This document shows, in pieces, positions 36,529-45,201 of a DNA stretch of 64,000 nucleotides. The notes beneath the pieces were generated by a model. That model saw nothing but the letters and a program-made list of their open reading frames with translations, ran no database searches and was not told where the DNA came from. Origin of the DNA: Prevotella sp. (lineage in GTDB: Bacteria > Bacteroidota > Bacteroidia > Bacteroidales > Bacteroidaceae); contig JAGCPV010000041.1 in NCBI GenBank assembly GCA_017965475.1, forward strand, positions 48,620-112,619, in the 5' to 3' direction. The position numbers and the translations under genes were made by a program. Position 1 is the first letter of the stretch, and every line of letters begins with the position of its first letter.

Positions 36529-39404
36529 TAACAATCTCTTAACTTCCTCTCCAAATACTTCCCTGTCAGACTCTCCTTGCAGCGAGCCACCTCCTCAGGA
36601 GTACCTGCCACGACGAGACTGCCGCCTTTGTCACCACCGTCGGGTCCTAGGTCTATTACATGATCAGCACATTTAATGATCTCCATGTTGTGCTCGATGA
36701 TCAGGATGGTGTGTCCACGCTCAATGAGGGCGTTGAAGGCATGCAGCAGACGGTCGATATCATGGAAGTGCAGGCCCGTTGTCGGTTCGTCGAAGATGAA
36801 GAGTGTGGGATCCTGCTTCTCCTGTCCGATGAAATAGGCCAGTTTTACACGCTGGTTCTCACCACCTGAGAGGGTGGAGGAGTTCTGTCCCAGTTTGATA
36901 TAGCCAAGTCCCACCTCCTCCAGGGTCTTCAGCCGCTTCACGATCGTCTTGCACATCTGTCCCGTTTCCTTGTTTCCCTGTCTCCCTGTCTCCTCAAAGA
37001 AGACAACGGCCTCGGAGATGGTCATGTTCAGCACGTCGTCGATATTCTTCCCGTTGAAGTTCACATCGAGGATATCCTTCTTGAAACGGTGCCCGTGACA
37101 GGCTTCACATTCCAGCACAAGATCGGCCATGAACTGCATCTCCACCGTGATTACGCCAGCACCCTTACACTCTTCGCAACGTCCGCCTTCGGCATTGAAG
37201 GAGAAATACTGCGACGTGAATCCCATCTGTTGACTCAATGGCTGATCTGCGTAGAGGTCACGGATGGCGTCGTAGGCTTTCACATAGGTGGCGGGATTCG
37301 AACGGGTGCTCTTGCCGATGGGATTCTGATCGACGAACTCCACACGTCTGATGGCATCCACATCGCCTCCGAGCCCGAGATATTCGCCAGGGGCGTCGCA
37401 CACGTCGCCGATATGGCGCTTCAGGGCAGGGTAGAGGATGCCCTTGATGAGGCTCGACTTACCTGAGCCTGAGACTCCTGTCACCACCGTCATCACGTTC
37501 AGCGGAATCTGGACGTCGATGCCGCGCAGGTTGTTCATCCTCGCCCCCTTGATGTCGATATGCCTGTTCCAGGGACGACGGCTCTTGGGAACGGCGATTT
37601 CCTCCAGTCCGAGCAGATACTTTACTGTGTAGCTTCTGGTATTGCTGGCCTCACTAACCTTGCTAGCCTTGTTAGTCAGGCTAGCGATCTTTTCCGCCTC
37701 CCCCTCGAAGACGATCTCTCCCCCGAGCCTGCCTGCATCGGGGCCGATGTCGATAAGATAGTCGGCGGCTCGCATGATATCCTCGTCGTGCTCCACCACG
37801 ACCACCGTATTCCCCAATGCCTGCAACACTTTCAGCACATGGATAAGACGGTCTGTGTCGCGTGCGTGCAGGCCGATGCTCGGCTCGTCGAGGATATAGA
37901 GTGATCCTACGAGTGAACTGCCCAGACTGGTGCAGAGGTTAATACGCTGGCTCTCACCACCGGAGAGGGTGTTCGAAAGCCGGTTCAGCGTCAGATACCC
38001 CAGTCCTACGTCCAGCAGGAACTGTAACCTGCTGGTGATCTCCGTCAGCAATCGTTTGCCGACCTCCGTGTCGTGGGTGCTGAGCTCCAACTTGTCAAAC
38101 CATTCCTTCAGCCTCACCACGGGCATCTGTACGAGGTCTGTGATGCTCCTGCCTCCGATCTTCACGTAGTCAGCCTCTGGCTTCAGACGCGTACCGTGAC
38201 AGGTCGGACAGTTCGTCTTTCCCCGATAACGGGCGAGCATCACACGGTACTGGATCTTATATTGGTTCTCCTTGACCATCTGGAAGAACTGGTCGATGCA
38301 GGGCTTTTCCTTGGCGCCCTTGTCTGAGGGCAGACCGTGCCAGAGCCAGTCTTTCTGTTGTTGCGTCAGGTTCATATAGGGTTCGAAGATGGGGAAGTCA
38401 TCCTTTGCTGCATGACGGATAAACCATTGCAGCCATTCCTTCATCTTCTCCCCGTGCCAGCACACCACACAACCGTCATAGACGGAGAGTGTCGTGTTGG
38501 GGATCACCAGTTTCTCGTCGATGCCAATGATTCGTCCGAAGCCCTGACACTCAGGACAGGCGCCCATCGGCGAGTTGAAGGAGAACATCTGGTCTGTGGG
38601 CTCTTCGAAGGTCATCCCGTCAGCCTCGAACTTCATAGAGAAGTCGTAGAAGATTGTTGGGGGGAAGAGAAGCCGCAGTTCCCCATGCCCCTCGTAGAAG
38701 GCTGTCTCTGCGGAATCGACAAGCCGCGCTATCGCATCCTTGCTGTCATCGACCGATAGACGGTCGATGACGAGATATACCGGGACTGACCCAATTGCCG
38801 ATGTCTTTGACTTGGCAGAGGGGGCTGTCCCCAGATAATCGTCTATCCTCTGGAAATCGCCATCCACGTAGATCCTCACATAGCCCTCCAGCTGATATGT
38901 CTTTAGCTGCTGCTCCATCGTGCGTCCCTCCTGTAGATGGATGGGCGCCATCACGACGAAGCGCGTCCCCTTCGAATACTCCAGCACCTTCTGTACCACA
39001 TCCTCCGTGGAGTGTTTCTTCACCTCCTGTCCGCTGATGGGGGAGTAGGTCTTGCCGATGCGGGCGAAGAGCAGACGGAGATACTCGTAGATCTCCGTCG
39101 AGGTGCCCACCGTCGAACGTGGGTTTCTCGATATCACTTTCTGTTCGATGGCGATGGCGGGCGGGATACCCTTGATGAAGTCGCACTCGGGCTTGTTCAT
39201 CCGCCCAAGGAACTGACGGGCATAACTCGACAGACTCTCGACATATCTTCGCTGGCCTTCGGCATACAGTGTGTCGAAGGCTAAGGACGATTTGCCGGAG
39301 CCACTGACTCCGGCAATTACGGTGAAGGTATTACGGGGGATTTTGACGTCAATGTTCTTCAGGTTATTGACCCTCGCCCCCTTGATTTCAATAGAATCGC
39401 TCAA
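36528..39404 (-). CDS. uvrA: excinuclease ABC subunit A
   Basis: Two GVSGSGKSS Walker A motifs, LSGGE signatures, CxxC zinc fingers; TTG start. Confidence 0.97.
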   Translation of the reverse strand: MSDSIEIKGARVNNLKNIDVKIPRNTFTVIAGVSGSGKSSLAFDTLYAEGQRRYVESLSSYARQFLGRMNKPECDFIKGIPPAIAIEQKVISRNPRSTVGTSTEIYEYLRLLFARIGKTYSPISGQEVKKHSTEDVVQKVLEYSKGTRFVVMAPIHLQEGRTMEQQLKTYQLEGYVRIYVDGDFQRIDDYLGTAPSAKSKTSAIGSVPVYLVIDRLSVDDSKDAIARLVDSAETAFYEGHGELRLLFPPTIFYDFSMKFEADGMTFEEPTDQMFSFNSPMGACPECQGFGRIIGIDEKLVIPNTTLSVYDGCVVCWHGEKMKEWLQWFIRHAAKDDFPIFEPYMNLTQQQKDWLWHGLPSDKGAKEKPCIDQFFQMVKENQYKIQYRVMLARYRGKTNCPTCHGTRLKPEADYVKIGGRSITDLVQMPVVRLKEWFDKLELSTHDTEVGKRLLTEITSRLQFLLDVGLGYLTLNRLSNTLSGGESQRINLCTSLGSSLVGSLYILDEPSIGLHARDTDRLIHVLKVLQALGNTVVVVEHDEDIMRAADYLIDIGPDAGRLGGEIVFEGEAEKIASLTNKASKVSEASNTRSYTVKYLLGLEEIAVPKSRRPWNRHIDIKGARMNNLRGIDVQIPLNVMTVVTGVSGSGKSSLIKGILYPALKRHIGDVCDAPGEYLGLGGDVDAIRRVEFVDQNPIGKSTRSNPATYVKAYDAIRDLYADQPLSQQMGFTSQYFSFNAEGGRCEECKGAGVITVEMQFMADLVLECEACHGHRFKKDILDVNFNGKNIDDVLNMTISEAVVFFEETGRQGNKETGQMCKTIVKRLKTLEEVGLGYIKLGQNSSTLSGGENQRVKLAYFIGQEKQDPTLFIFDEPTTGLHFHDIDRLLHAFNALIERGHTILIIEHNMEIIKCADHVIDLGPDGGDKGGSLVVAGTPEEVARCKESLTGKYLERKLRDC
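36963..36994. repeat. 8-bp-period tandem repeat inside uvrA
   Basis: cgtttcct tgtttccc tgtctccc tgtctcct. Confidence 0.7.
37636..37684. repeat. 9-bp-period CTAG tandem repeat, in-frame in uvrA
   Basis: CTGG 37636 and 37645, CTAA 37654, CTAG 37663, TTAG 37672, CTAG 37681. Confidence 0.78.
38782..38834. repeat. REP-like palindrome, in-frame in uvrA
   Basis: GGGACTGACCC...TTGCCGA-GTC-TTT-GAC-TTGGCAG...GGGGCTGTCCCC; arms resemble the element at 16087-16137. Confidence 0.65.
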
Positions 39405-39421
39405 TGTTGTTCAATGTTCAA

Positions 39422-40861
39422 CTAAAGAATACTCGTCACGGCCTCCAGCATACCGACGCTCTTGATGAGGTCGAGATCCTGCTTGACCATGGCATTCAGA
39501 CCCGGGATTTTGTTCAGGTTCTCCTGCCAGATAAACTCGGCACCCAGCACGCCGTCCGTCACCTTCTGCGTGTCGCCCGTCGCCCAGAGTTCCTTGAGCA
39601 GATTTATGATCTTCGGATCGTCGTTGGGTGTGATCTCCGTACCGTCCTCGCGCTTGCCACCTTTGTAATAGGTGATGATGGCAGCCAGTCCGAACACCAG
39701 TCCCTTTGGCAACTCACCCTTGCGCTCCAGATAGATCTTTACGCCAGGCAGGTCACGGGCCTGGAACTTCGGGAAGGAGTTCAGCATGATGCTCGTCACC
39801 TGATGATCCACATAGGGATTGTCGAAGCGCTCCAGCACGTCGTTGGCAAACTTCTCCAGCTGTTCGATGGGTAGGTCGAGTGTCTGCATCAGTTCGTCGA
39901 ACTGCACCTTATGGATATACTCCGAGATGATCTCATGATGGCAGGCGTCGCGCACGATATCCACGCCACTCAGGAAAGCCACGGGCGAGAGTACCGTGTG
40001 CGGACCGTTCAGCAGCGTCACCTTACGCTTGTGGTAGGGCTCCTCCGAGGGCACGAACAGCACGTGCAGTCCAGCCTTGTCGGCAGGGAACTCCTGCGCC
40101 ACCTCCCGAGGGGCCTCGATCACCCAGAGATGGAAGTTCTCGGCCTGTACCACGAGGTTGTCCCTGTAGCATATCTTCTCCTGGATCTCGGCGATCTCCT
40201 TGCGGGGGAAGCCGGGTACGATACGATCGACGAGCGTGGCATAGACGCCGCAGGCCTCCTCGAACCATTTCTTGAAGTCGTTGCCGAGGTTCCACAGGTC
40301 GATATACTGGTAGATGCACTTTTTCAGCACGTGACCGTTCAGGAAGATCAGTTCACAGGGGAAGATGATCAAACCCTTGGTCATGTCGCCGTTGAAGGTC
40401 TGGAAACGACGGTAGAGCAACTGCACCAGTTTTCCAGGATAGCTGCTGGCGGGTGCATCCTCCAGCTTACAGTTGGAGTCGAAGGCGATACCGGCCTCCG
40501 TGGTGTTCGAGATCACAAAACGGATATCCGGCTGGTCTGCCAGTGCCATGAAGGCGGCATTCTGGGTGTAAGGGTTCAGTGCACGACTGATGACGTCGAT
40601 GCGCTCCAGCGTGTTCACGGGCTGACCGTTCTCACGGCCTTGCAGGTTCACGTGGTACAGGCAGTCCTGACCGTTCAGCATATCGACCATACCCTTCTCG
40701 ATGGGCTGTACGACGACGACGCTTCCGTTGAAGTCCGTCTTCTGGTCCATGTTCCAGATAATCCAATCTACGAATGCGCGGAGGAAATTCCCCTCGCCGA
40801 ACTGTATCACCTTCTCTGGCATCACGCTCTTAGGAGCGAATTGTTTGTTTAATGGTTTCAA
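39422..40861 (-). CDS. uxaB: tagaturonate (altronate) reductase
   Basis: IQFGEGNFLRAF, ISNTTEAGI, PCELI, LVDRIVPG, LLNGPHT motifs. Confidence 0.95.
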   Translation of the reverse strand: MKPLNKQFAPKSVMPEKVIQFGEGNFLRAFVDWIIWNMDQKTDFNGSVVVVQPIEKGMVDMLNGQDCLYHVNLQGRENGQPVNTLERIDVISRALNPYTQNAAFMALADQPDIRFVISNTTEAGIAFDSNCKLEDAPASSYPGKLVQLLYRRFQTFNGDMTKGLIIFPCELIFLNGHVLKKCIYQYIDLWNLGNDFKKWFEEACGVYATLVDRIVPGFPRKEIAEIQEKICYRDNLVVQAENFHLWVIEAPREVAQEFPADKAGLHVLFVPSEEPYHKRKVTLLNGPHTVLSPVAFLSGVDIVRDACHHEIISEYIHKVQFDELMQTLDLPIEQLEKFANDVLERFDNPYVDHQVTSIMLNSFPKFQARDLPGVKIYLERKGELPKGLVFGLAAIITYYKGGKREDGTEITPNDDPKIINLLKELWATGDTQKVTDGVLGAEFIWQENLNKIPGLNAMVKQDLDLIKSVGMLEAVTSIL

Positions 40862-40929
40862 TTTCTTTCAGTTTTAAAATGTTATCGGCATGCATAGACG
40901 TATAAGTTATCTCGCACGCTTTCAGCGTG

Positions 40930-40937
40930 CAAAGATA
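40930..40937 (-). promoter_or_regulatory. uxaB -7 promoter element
   Basis: TATCTTTG with upstream TTTG elements. Confidence 0.7.
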
Positions 40938-41063
40938 CGAAAAAAAGCGCAAAACACCAAATAAAATACATTTTTTCCACAGAACCAGCTCCCTTTCATC
41001 TGTCATGACATATCTGTTGAATGGGGTACAGTGTAGTTGGTTTGTCCCAGCCATTGGGACAAA

Positions 41064-41122
41064 AATTAAGGAGTCCTTTTCGCGCAATAAGGACTCCTTA
41101 TTTTCAGAAAAGTACTCCTTTT
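41064..41122. repeat. 21-bp-period array of the palindrome AAGGA(C/G)TCCTT (copy 2, inverted)
   Basis: Units at 41068, 41089, 41110. Confidence 0.85.
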
Positions 41123-41221
41123 CGTTGGTGCTGTAGGGTTTTCCCTATACGGAAATAGGGGAAACTTTTTGGTAGTTTTCTTGGAAATAATTACCTTTGC
41201 ATCGTCAAACATTAAAAAATG

Positions 41222-41899
41222 ATGCGTATGAACAGATTGATTATAGTAGTGATGAGCCTTATGCTGGCTGCTCCTGTGGCTGCTCAAGTCCGCAGTTCTT
41301 ATCATAGTCCTGCGAGACATTACCGTCCGCCCCACCAGTCATCGGCTTTCGATGAACCCGAGATCTACTATGGTCTGCGGCTGGGATTGGGTCTCGCGAC
41401 GGTGAACTCCGACGACCATCGTCTGGACGGCGGTTCGATCCAGGCGGGATTGAACGCTGGTGCCGTGGTGGGCTTCCAGCTGGGTTACCGTTCGCCTGTC
41501 TATCTGGAGACGGGACTGTTGTTTGCTGCGAAGGGTGGTGAAGGCAACTATAACGGTTCGAAGTTCACTTATGGCCTGAACTATCTGGAGGTGCCGTTGG
41601 TGATGAAATACGCCATAGACATCGACAATGCCCTGAGCATCCAGCCTTTCTTCGGCGGATTCCTGGCATTGGGTGTCGGTGGTAAGATCAAGGATTTCGA
41701 CAACCGCCACGCCTATAGTTCCTTCGACGATGATGGGTTCCAACGGTTTGACGCGGGTCTCCGTGCGGGCTGTGGCATCCAGTACGACCACCTCTATGGT
41801 GAGATCGGTTACGACTTCGGTCTGGCGAACATCAACCGCGACTATTTTGACAGTTCGCATACGGGGATGTTCTTCATAACGATCGGCGTGAACTTTTAA
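41222..41899 (+). CDS. PorT-like outer membrane beta-barrel protein
   Basis: Signal peptide; YGLRLGL, LNYLEVPL, FDAGLRAG, terminal IGVNF; promoter TACCTTTG at 41192-41199. Confidence 0.82.
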   Translation: MRMNRLIIVVMSLMLAAPVAAQVRSSYHSPARHYRPPHQSSAFDEPEIYYGLRLGLGLATVNSDDHRLDGGSIQAGLNAGAVVGFQLGYRSPVYLETGLLFAAKGGEGNYNGSKFTYGLNYLEVPLVMKYAIDIDNALSIQPFFGGFLALGVGGKIKDFDNRHAYSSFDDDGFQRFDAGLRAGCGIQYDHLYGEIGYDFGLANINRDYFDSSHTGMFFITIGVNF

Positions 41900-41935
41900 A
41901 TAGGAAGGCTTTTGTAAGCTGATTTTTCAACCAAG

Positions 41936-42046
41936 ATGAAACGACCCGAGGATCAACTCTTTGCGCTGGTGAGGGCAGCGATGGCAGAGACGATCCAGGC
42001 CGAGGCTAATGAGCGTGATGCCAGAAAAGCTAAGGAGATGTCATGA
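41936..42046 (+). CDS. 36-aa ORF (peptide or gene remnant) coupled to the kinase-peptidase gene
   Basis: MKRPEDQLFALVRAAMAETIQAEANERDARKAKEMS; its TGA overlaps the ATG at 42043 (ATGA). Confidence 0.5.
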   Translation: MKRPEDQLFALVRAAMAETIQAEANERDARKAKEMS

Positions 42047-43308
42047 CGGAGACAAGATATTATAAGGTGGCGGACCATGTGTTTGGTGTGAGTGGCGAGG
42101 CGGACAGCTTCGCCCTGATGTCCAATTATGAGCCTTTTGAAACACGGGGGAAGGGTTCTTCTGTGTTTATGCTTTCGCTGAACACAAAAGAACCCTCCCG
42201 TGTTGTTCCTCTCTTCGTCGAGGAGATGCGGCAGGAGGATGAGGGACAGGAGATCGTCTGCGGTAAGACTGCTGACGGCGAACATGTGTTTGAGTTCCGC
42301 TGGTGGAACGAGACGGCGGGTTGGCTGATCTGTTCGGAGGACTATCGTGATGGCCGTCTCATTGCGACGGGCAAGTACGAGAAGATGGCCATCGACAATG
42401 CGCTGATGGTGCTGTTCGCGCTGGCGACGGCAGACAAGGGAACGGTGCTGTTTCATGCCGCTGTGGTGAGCCATGAGGGTCGCGGGTATATGTTCCTTGG
42501 ACCCAGTGGTACGGGTAAGAGTACGCACGCCAGATTATGGCTGAAACATATTCAGGGCACAGAGTTGGTGAACGATGACAACCCTGTGGTTCGCGATGGG
42601 GTGGTCTATGGCTCCCCGTGGAGTGGGAAGACGCCCTGCTATCGTAATGTGAACTATCCTCTGGGGGGGATCGTCTTGCTAAGTCAGGCGCCCTATAACA
42701 AGATAACGAGGTTAGATGGATTGCAGGCTTATGCAGCACTGGTGTCGAGCATCAGTGGCAAGCGCTGGGACGAGCGTATCGCCGACGGTCTGCACGCGAC
42801 GGAGAATGCGCTGGTATCGACGGTGCCCATGTGGCATCTGGATTGTCTGCCAGACGAGGAGGCGGCGAGGGTGTGTCGTGCTGCGCTGGCGCCCGATATC
42901 GTCGAGGAGACCGTCAGACTCGTGGAAGATGGCGTGAGTGTGACACTGCCCGTCAGTGGCCATAGCATGTTGCCCTTTATCATTGGGGGCAAGGAGAGCG
43001 TGATCCTGCAGCGCCCCAAGGAGTCGAAGATCGGTGACGTGGTGCTGGCGTGGGTAGAGGGGAAACGTTATGTGGTGCATCGTATCATCCGCATCGACGG
43101 AGAGAACGTAACCCTGATGGGTGATGGTAACCTCGTGGGTACAGAGCGTTGCACGCTCAGCGACATCAAGGCCGTAGCCACTCATGTGATGGGTGCCGAC
43201 GAGAAGCTGCACGACCTCTATACGCCATGGCGACGTCGGGCTGCGAAACTATGGTGGCACCTGCGACCAATCAGAAGATATTTACTAGCAATATACAAAC
43301 GATTATGA
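42043..43308 (+). CDS. fusion of an HPr-kinase-like P-loop domain and an S24/S26 (signal peptidase-like) peptidase
   Basis: LFHAAVV..GPSGTGKSTH..VNDD..GSPWSGK (kinase), then SGHSMLPFI..IGDVVL..VVHRII..GDGN (Ser/His peptidase). Confidence 0.8.
   Translation: MTETRYYKVADHVFGVSGEADSFALMSNYEPFETRGKGSSVFMLSLNTKEPSRVVPLFVEEMRQEDEGQEIVCGKTADGEHVFEFRWWNETAGWLICSEDYRDGRLIATGKYEKMAIDNALMVLFALATADKGTVLFHAAVVSHEGRGYMFLGPSGTGKSTHARLWLKHIQGTELVNDDNPVVRDGVVYGSPWSGKTPCYRNVNYPLGGIVLLSQAPYNKITRLDGLQAYAALVSSISGKRWDERIADGLHATENALVSTVPMWHLDCLPDEEAARVCRAALAPDIVEETVRLVEDGVSVTLPVSGHSMLPFIIGGKESVILQRPKESKIGDVVLAWVEGKRYVVHRIIRIDGENVTLMGDGNLVGTERCTLSDIKAVATHVMGADEKLHDLYTPWRRRAAKLWWHLRPIRRYLLAIYKRL
42141..42204. repeat. 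REP-like inverted repeat, in-frame in the kinase gene
   Basis: AACACGGG(GGA)AGGGTTCTTCTGTGTT...AACACAAAAGAACCCTCCCGTGTT. Confidence 0.8.
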
Positions 43309-43577
43309 GAATCAAGAAAGGATTTACGCTGCGTGAGGTGTGCGGTGAGAACGTGATCATGGGTGAGGGACTTGGTGCCATCAACTTCGGTAAGATGCTG
43401 GCCCTGAACGAGACGGCAGCCTGGCTTTGGAAACAGGCCCAGCAGCAAGGCGACTTCACTGTCGAGTCGCTGGCGGAGAAACTCAGTGAGAATTATGATG
43501 TCATGCCTGATGAGGCCCTTCACGATGTGGAGGATATCCTCGCCGAATGGGATAGCGTTAGCGTGATAGAGAAGTAA
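43305..43577 (+). CDS. PqqD family protein (RiPP recognition element)
   Basis: MRIKKGFTLREVCGE..LNETAAWLW..LAEKLSENYDV...ALHDV pattern; 90 aa; starts 4 nt before the end of the upstream gene. Confidence 0.88.
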   Translation: MRIKKGFTLREVCGENVIMGEGLGAINFGKMLALNETAAWLWKQAQQQGDFTVESLAEKLSENYDVMPDEALHDVEDILAEWDSVSVIEK

Positions 43578-43582
43578 AAATG

Positions 43583-43608
43583 ATCATCCCCGCCATGGCG
43601 GGGATGAT
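43583..43608. terminator. palindromic hairpin between convergent pqqD and uxuB
   Basis: ATCATCCCCGCCATGGCGGGGATGAT, a perfect palindrome. Confidence 0.7.
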
Positions 43609-43613
43609 TCGTA

Positions 43614-45200
43614 TTAGCGGGCGTTGACGTATTTATGGAGCGTTGCGCGGACGGCTCCAGGACCAGCGTAGAGCTCTTTCACGTAACCCTCGATCTGTTC
43701 GCCGAGACCTGCTTCGTAGAGGTCGAGGCCGAAGATGTCTTTGCGACTGTAAAGGGTCTTCAGCAGGCTCCAGTCCTGATTGGGTTTGCCGATCTCCAAC
43801 GGAGCGACGATGGCCTGCAGTTCTCCGAGCATGGGGTCGGGAGAACAGTCAAACGGTGTGCCGTCGTCCTTGATACCCTTCAGGTAACGGGCGTAGCCAG
43901 CCAGCGTGAGGGGGATCAGTATGAGGTTCGACTTGTCGAGACCCCGGGCGATATATTTCTTCAAGGTCTCACCAAAGCGGATGGGCAGCTTCTGACTGGT
44001 GTCACAGGCGATGCGCTGTGGGGCGTCGGGCATGAAGGGATTCGGCAGACGGCGATTGATGACAGCGCCGATAAACTCATAGGGATTGAGTATACCCGGG
44101 TCAACAACCACAGGCATAGCTTCCATATATCCGATCTTCTGGATAAACGGGCGCAGATCCTCATCGGCCATCTCGGCACTGATGAGCGTGTAGCCTAGCA
44201 TACAACCATAGATCGACATCGCTGTGTGCAACGGGTTCAGACAGGTGGTCACCTTCATCGTCTCCACCTTATCGACGGTCTCGCGGGTGGTATAGAGCGC
44301 ACCACCGAGGTCGAGTGGGGGACGACCATTGGTGTAGTGGTCCTCGATGACGAGATACTGCACCTCCTCCGCATTCACGAAAGGAGCTGTGAAGGTATGT
44401 TTCTCAGTCTCGATATAGTCGTTATCCTCGAAGCCGTCAGCAGCCAGCATCTCCTTTACTTTCTCGTGGGGACGCGGGGTGATCTTATCGATCATCGACC
44501 AGGGAAAGGTGATCTGTGTCTCGTCTTTCAGATAGACGAGGAAGGCAGGAGGCACGAGTCCTTCGCTCACCCAGCGCTCAGCGTAAGCCATGACACCAGC
44601 CTTGACCTTATCGCCGTTGTGCGAGCAGTTGTCCATCGATTGGATGGTGAGAGGCAGCATACCAGCATTGAAGCGCTCCAGCAGCAGGGCGCAGACCTTA
44701 CCCATAGCGAATACGGGCTTTAAGCCGCGTGCGAGGTCGGCCTCATTATAGGTGTAGCCCTTCTCGGTGATAGTGAAGGAGATCATCTGGAGCGAAGGAT
44801 TCTTGAAAATCTCGACGAGACGCTGCCAGTCTGGGAACTGGGGATCAGCCTTGAGGGCTTCCGTCACGGAGGCGATGACCTTCTTCTCAATGGTGCCTGT
44901 CGATTGCAGACTCACCAACAGTGAAAGGTTATTATACGGGGTGTATGCCTTATCGACAACCTCGAAGTCGAAGGTCTCGGCCACGATGACACCACGATCA
45001 TATTTACCTGTGTTCAGCGCATCGTTGAGAATGGCTGCGGGGAAAGCACGGAAGATATTACCACCGCCGAAGTGTACCCATGTGGGTTCCTTGGCAGTCT
45101 TTTCACGTACGGCCTTGATGTCAAACTTGGGGAGTTGATAGCCTTTCTGCTCCCACTCTGCGGCATTAAACTGTCCGCTCAGTATATCATTCAGTTTCAT
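43614..45200 (-). CDS. uxuB: mannitol dehydrogenase family protein (D-mannonate oxidoreductase)
   Basis: HFGGGNIFRAF, TITEKGY, SMDN, MIDKITP, LNPLHT, DTSQK motifs; downstream of uxuA. Confidence 0.8.
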   Translation of the reverse strand: MKLNDILSGQFNAAEWEQKGYQLPKFDIKAVREKTAKEPTWVHFGGGNIFRAFPAAILNDALNTGKYDRGVIVAETFDFEVVDKAYTPYNNLSLLVSLQSTGTIEKKVIASVTEALKADPQFPDWQRLVEIFKNPSLQMISFTITEKGYTYNEADLARGLKPVFAMGKVCALLLERFNAGMLPLTIQSMDNCSHNGDKVKAGVMAYAERWVSEGLVPPAFLVYLKDETQITFPWSMIDKITPRPHEKVKEMLAADGFEDNDYIETEKHTFTAPFVNAEEVQYLVIEDHYTNGRPPLDLGGALYTTRETVDKVETMKVTTCLNPLHTAMSIYGCMLGYTLISAEMADEDLRPFIQKIGYMEAMPVVVDPGILNPYEFIGAVINRRLPNPFMPDAPQRIACDTSQKLPIRFGETLKKYIARGLDKSNLILIPLTLAGYARYLKGIKDDGTPFDCSPDPMLGELQAIVAPLEIGKPNQDWSLLKTLYSRKDIFGLDLYEAGLGEQIEGYVKELYAGPGAVRATLHKYVNAR

Positions 45201-45201
45201 A

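Noticed and set aside
24675-39404. uvrB, addAB and uvrA as a DNA-repair or defence island
   Set aside because: These are ordinary core genes interleaved with bamD and rpoZ, with no mobility genes or defence domains.
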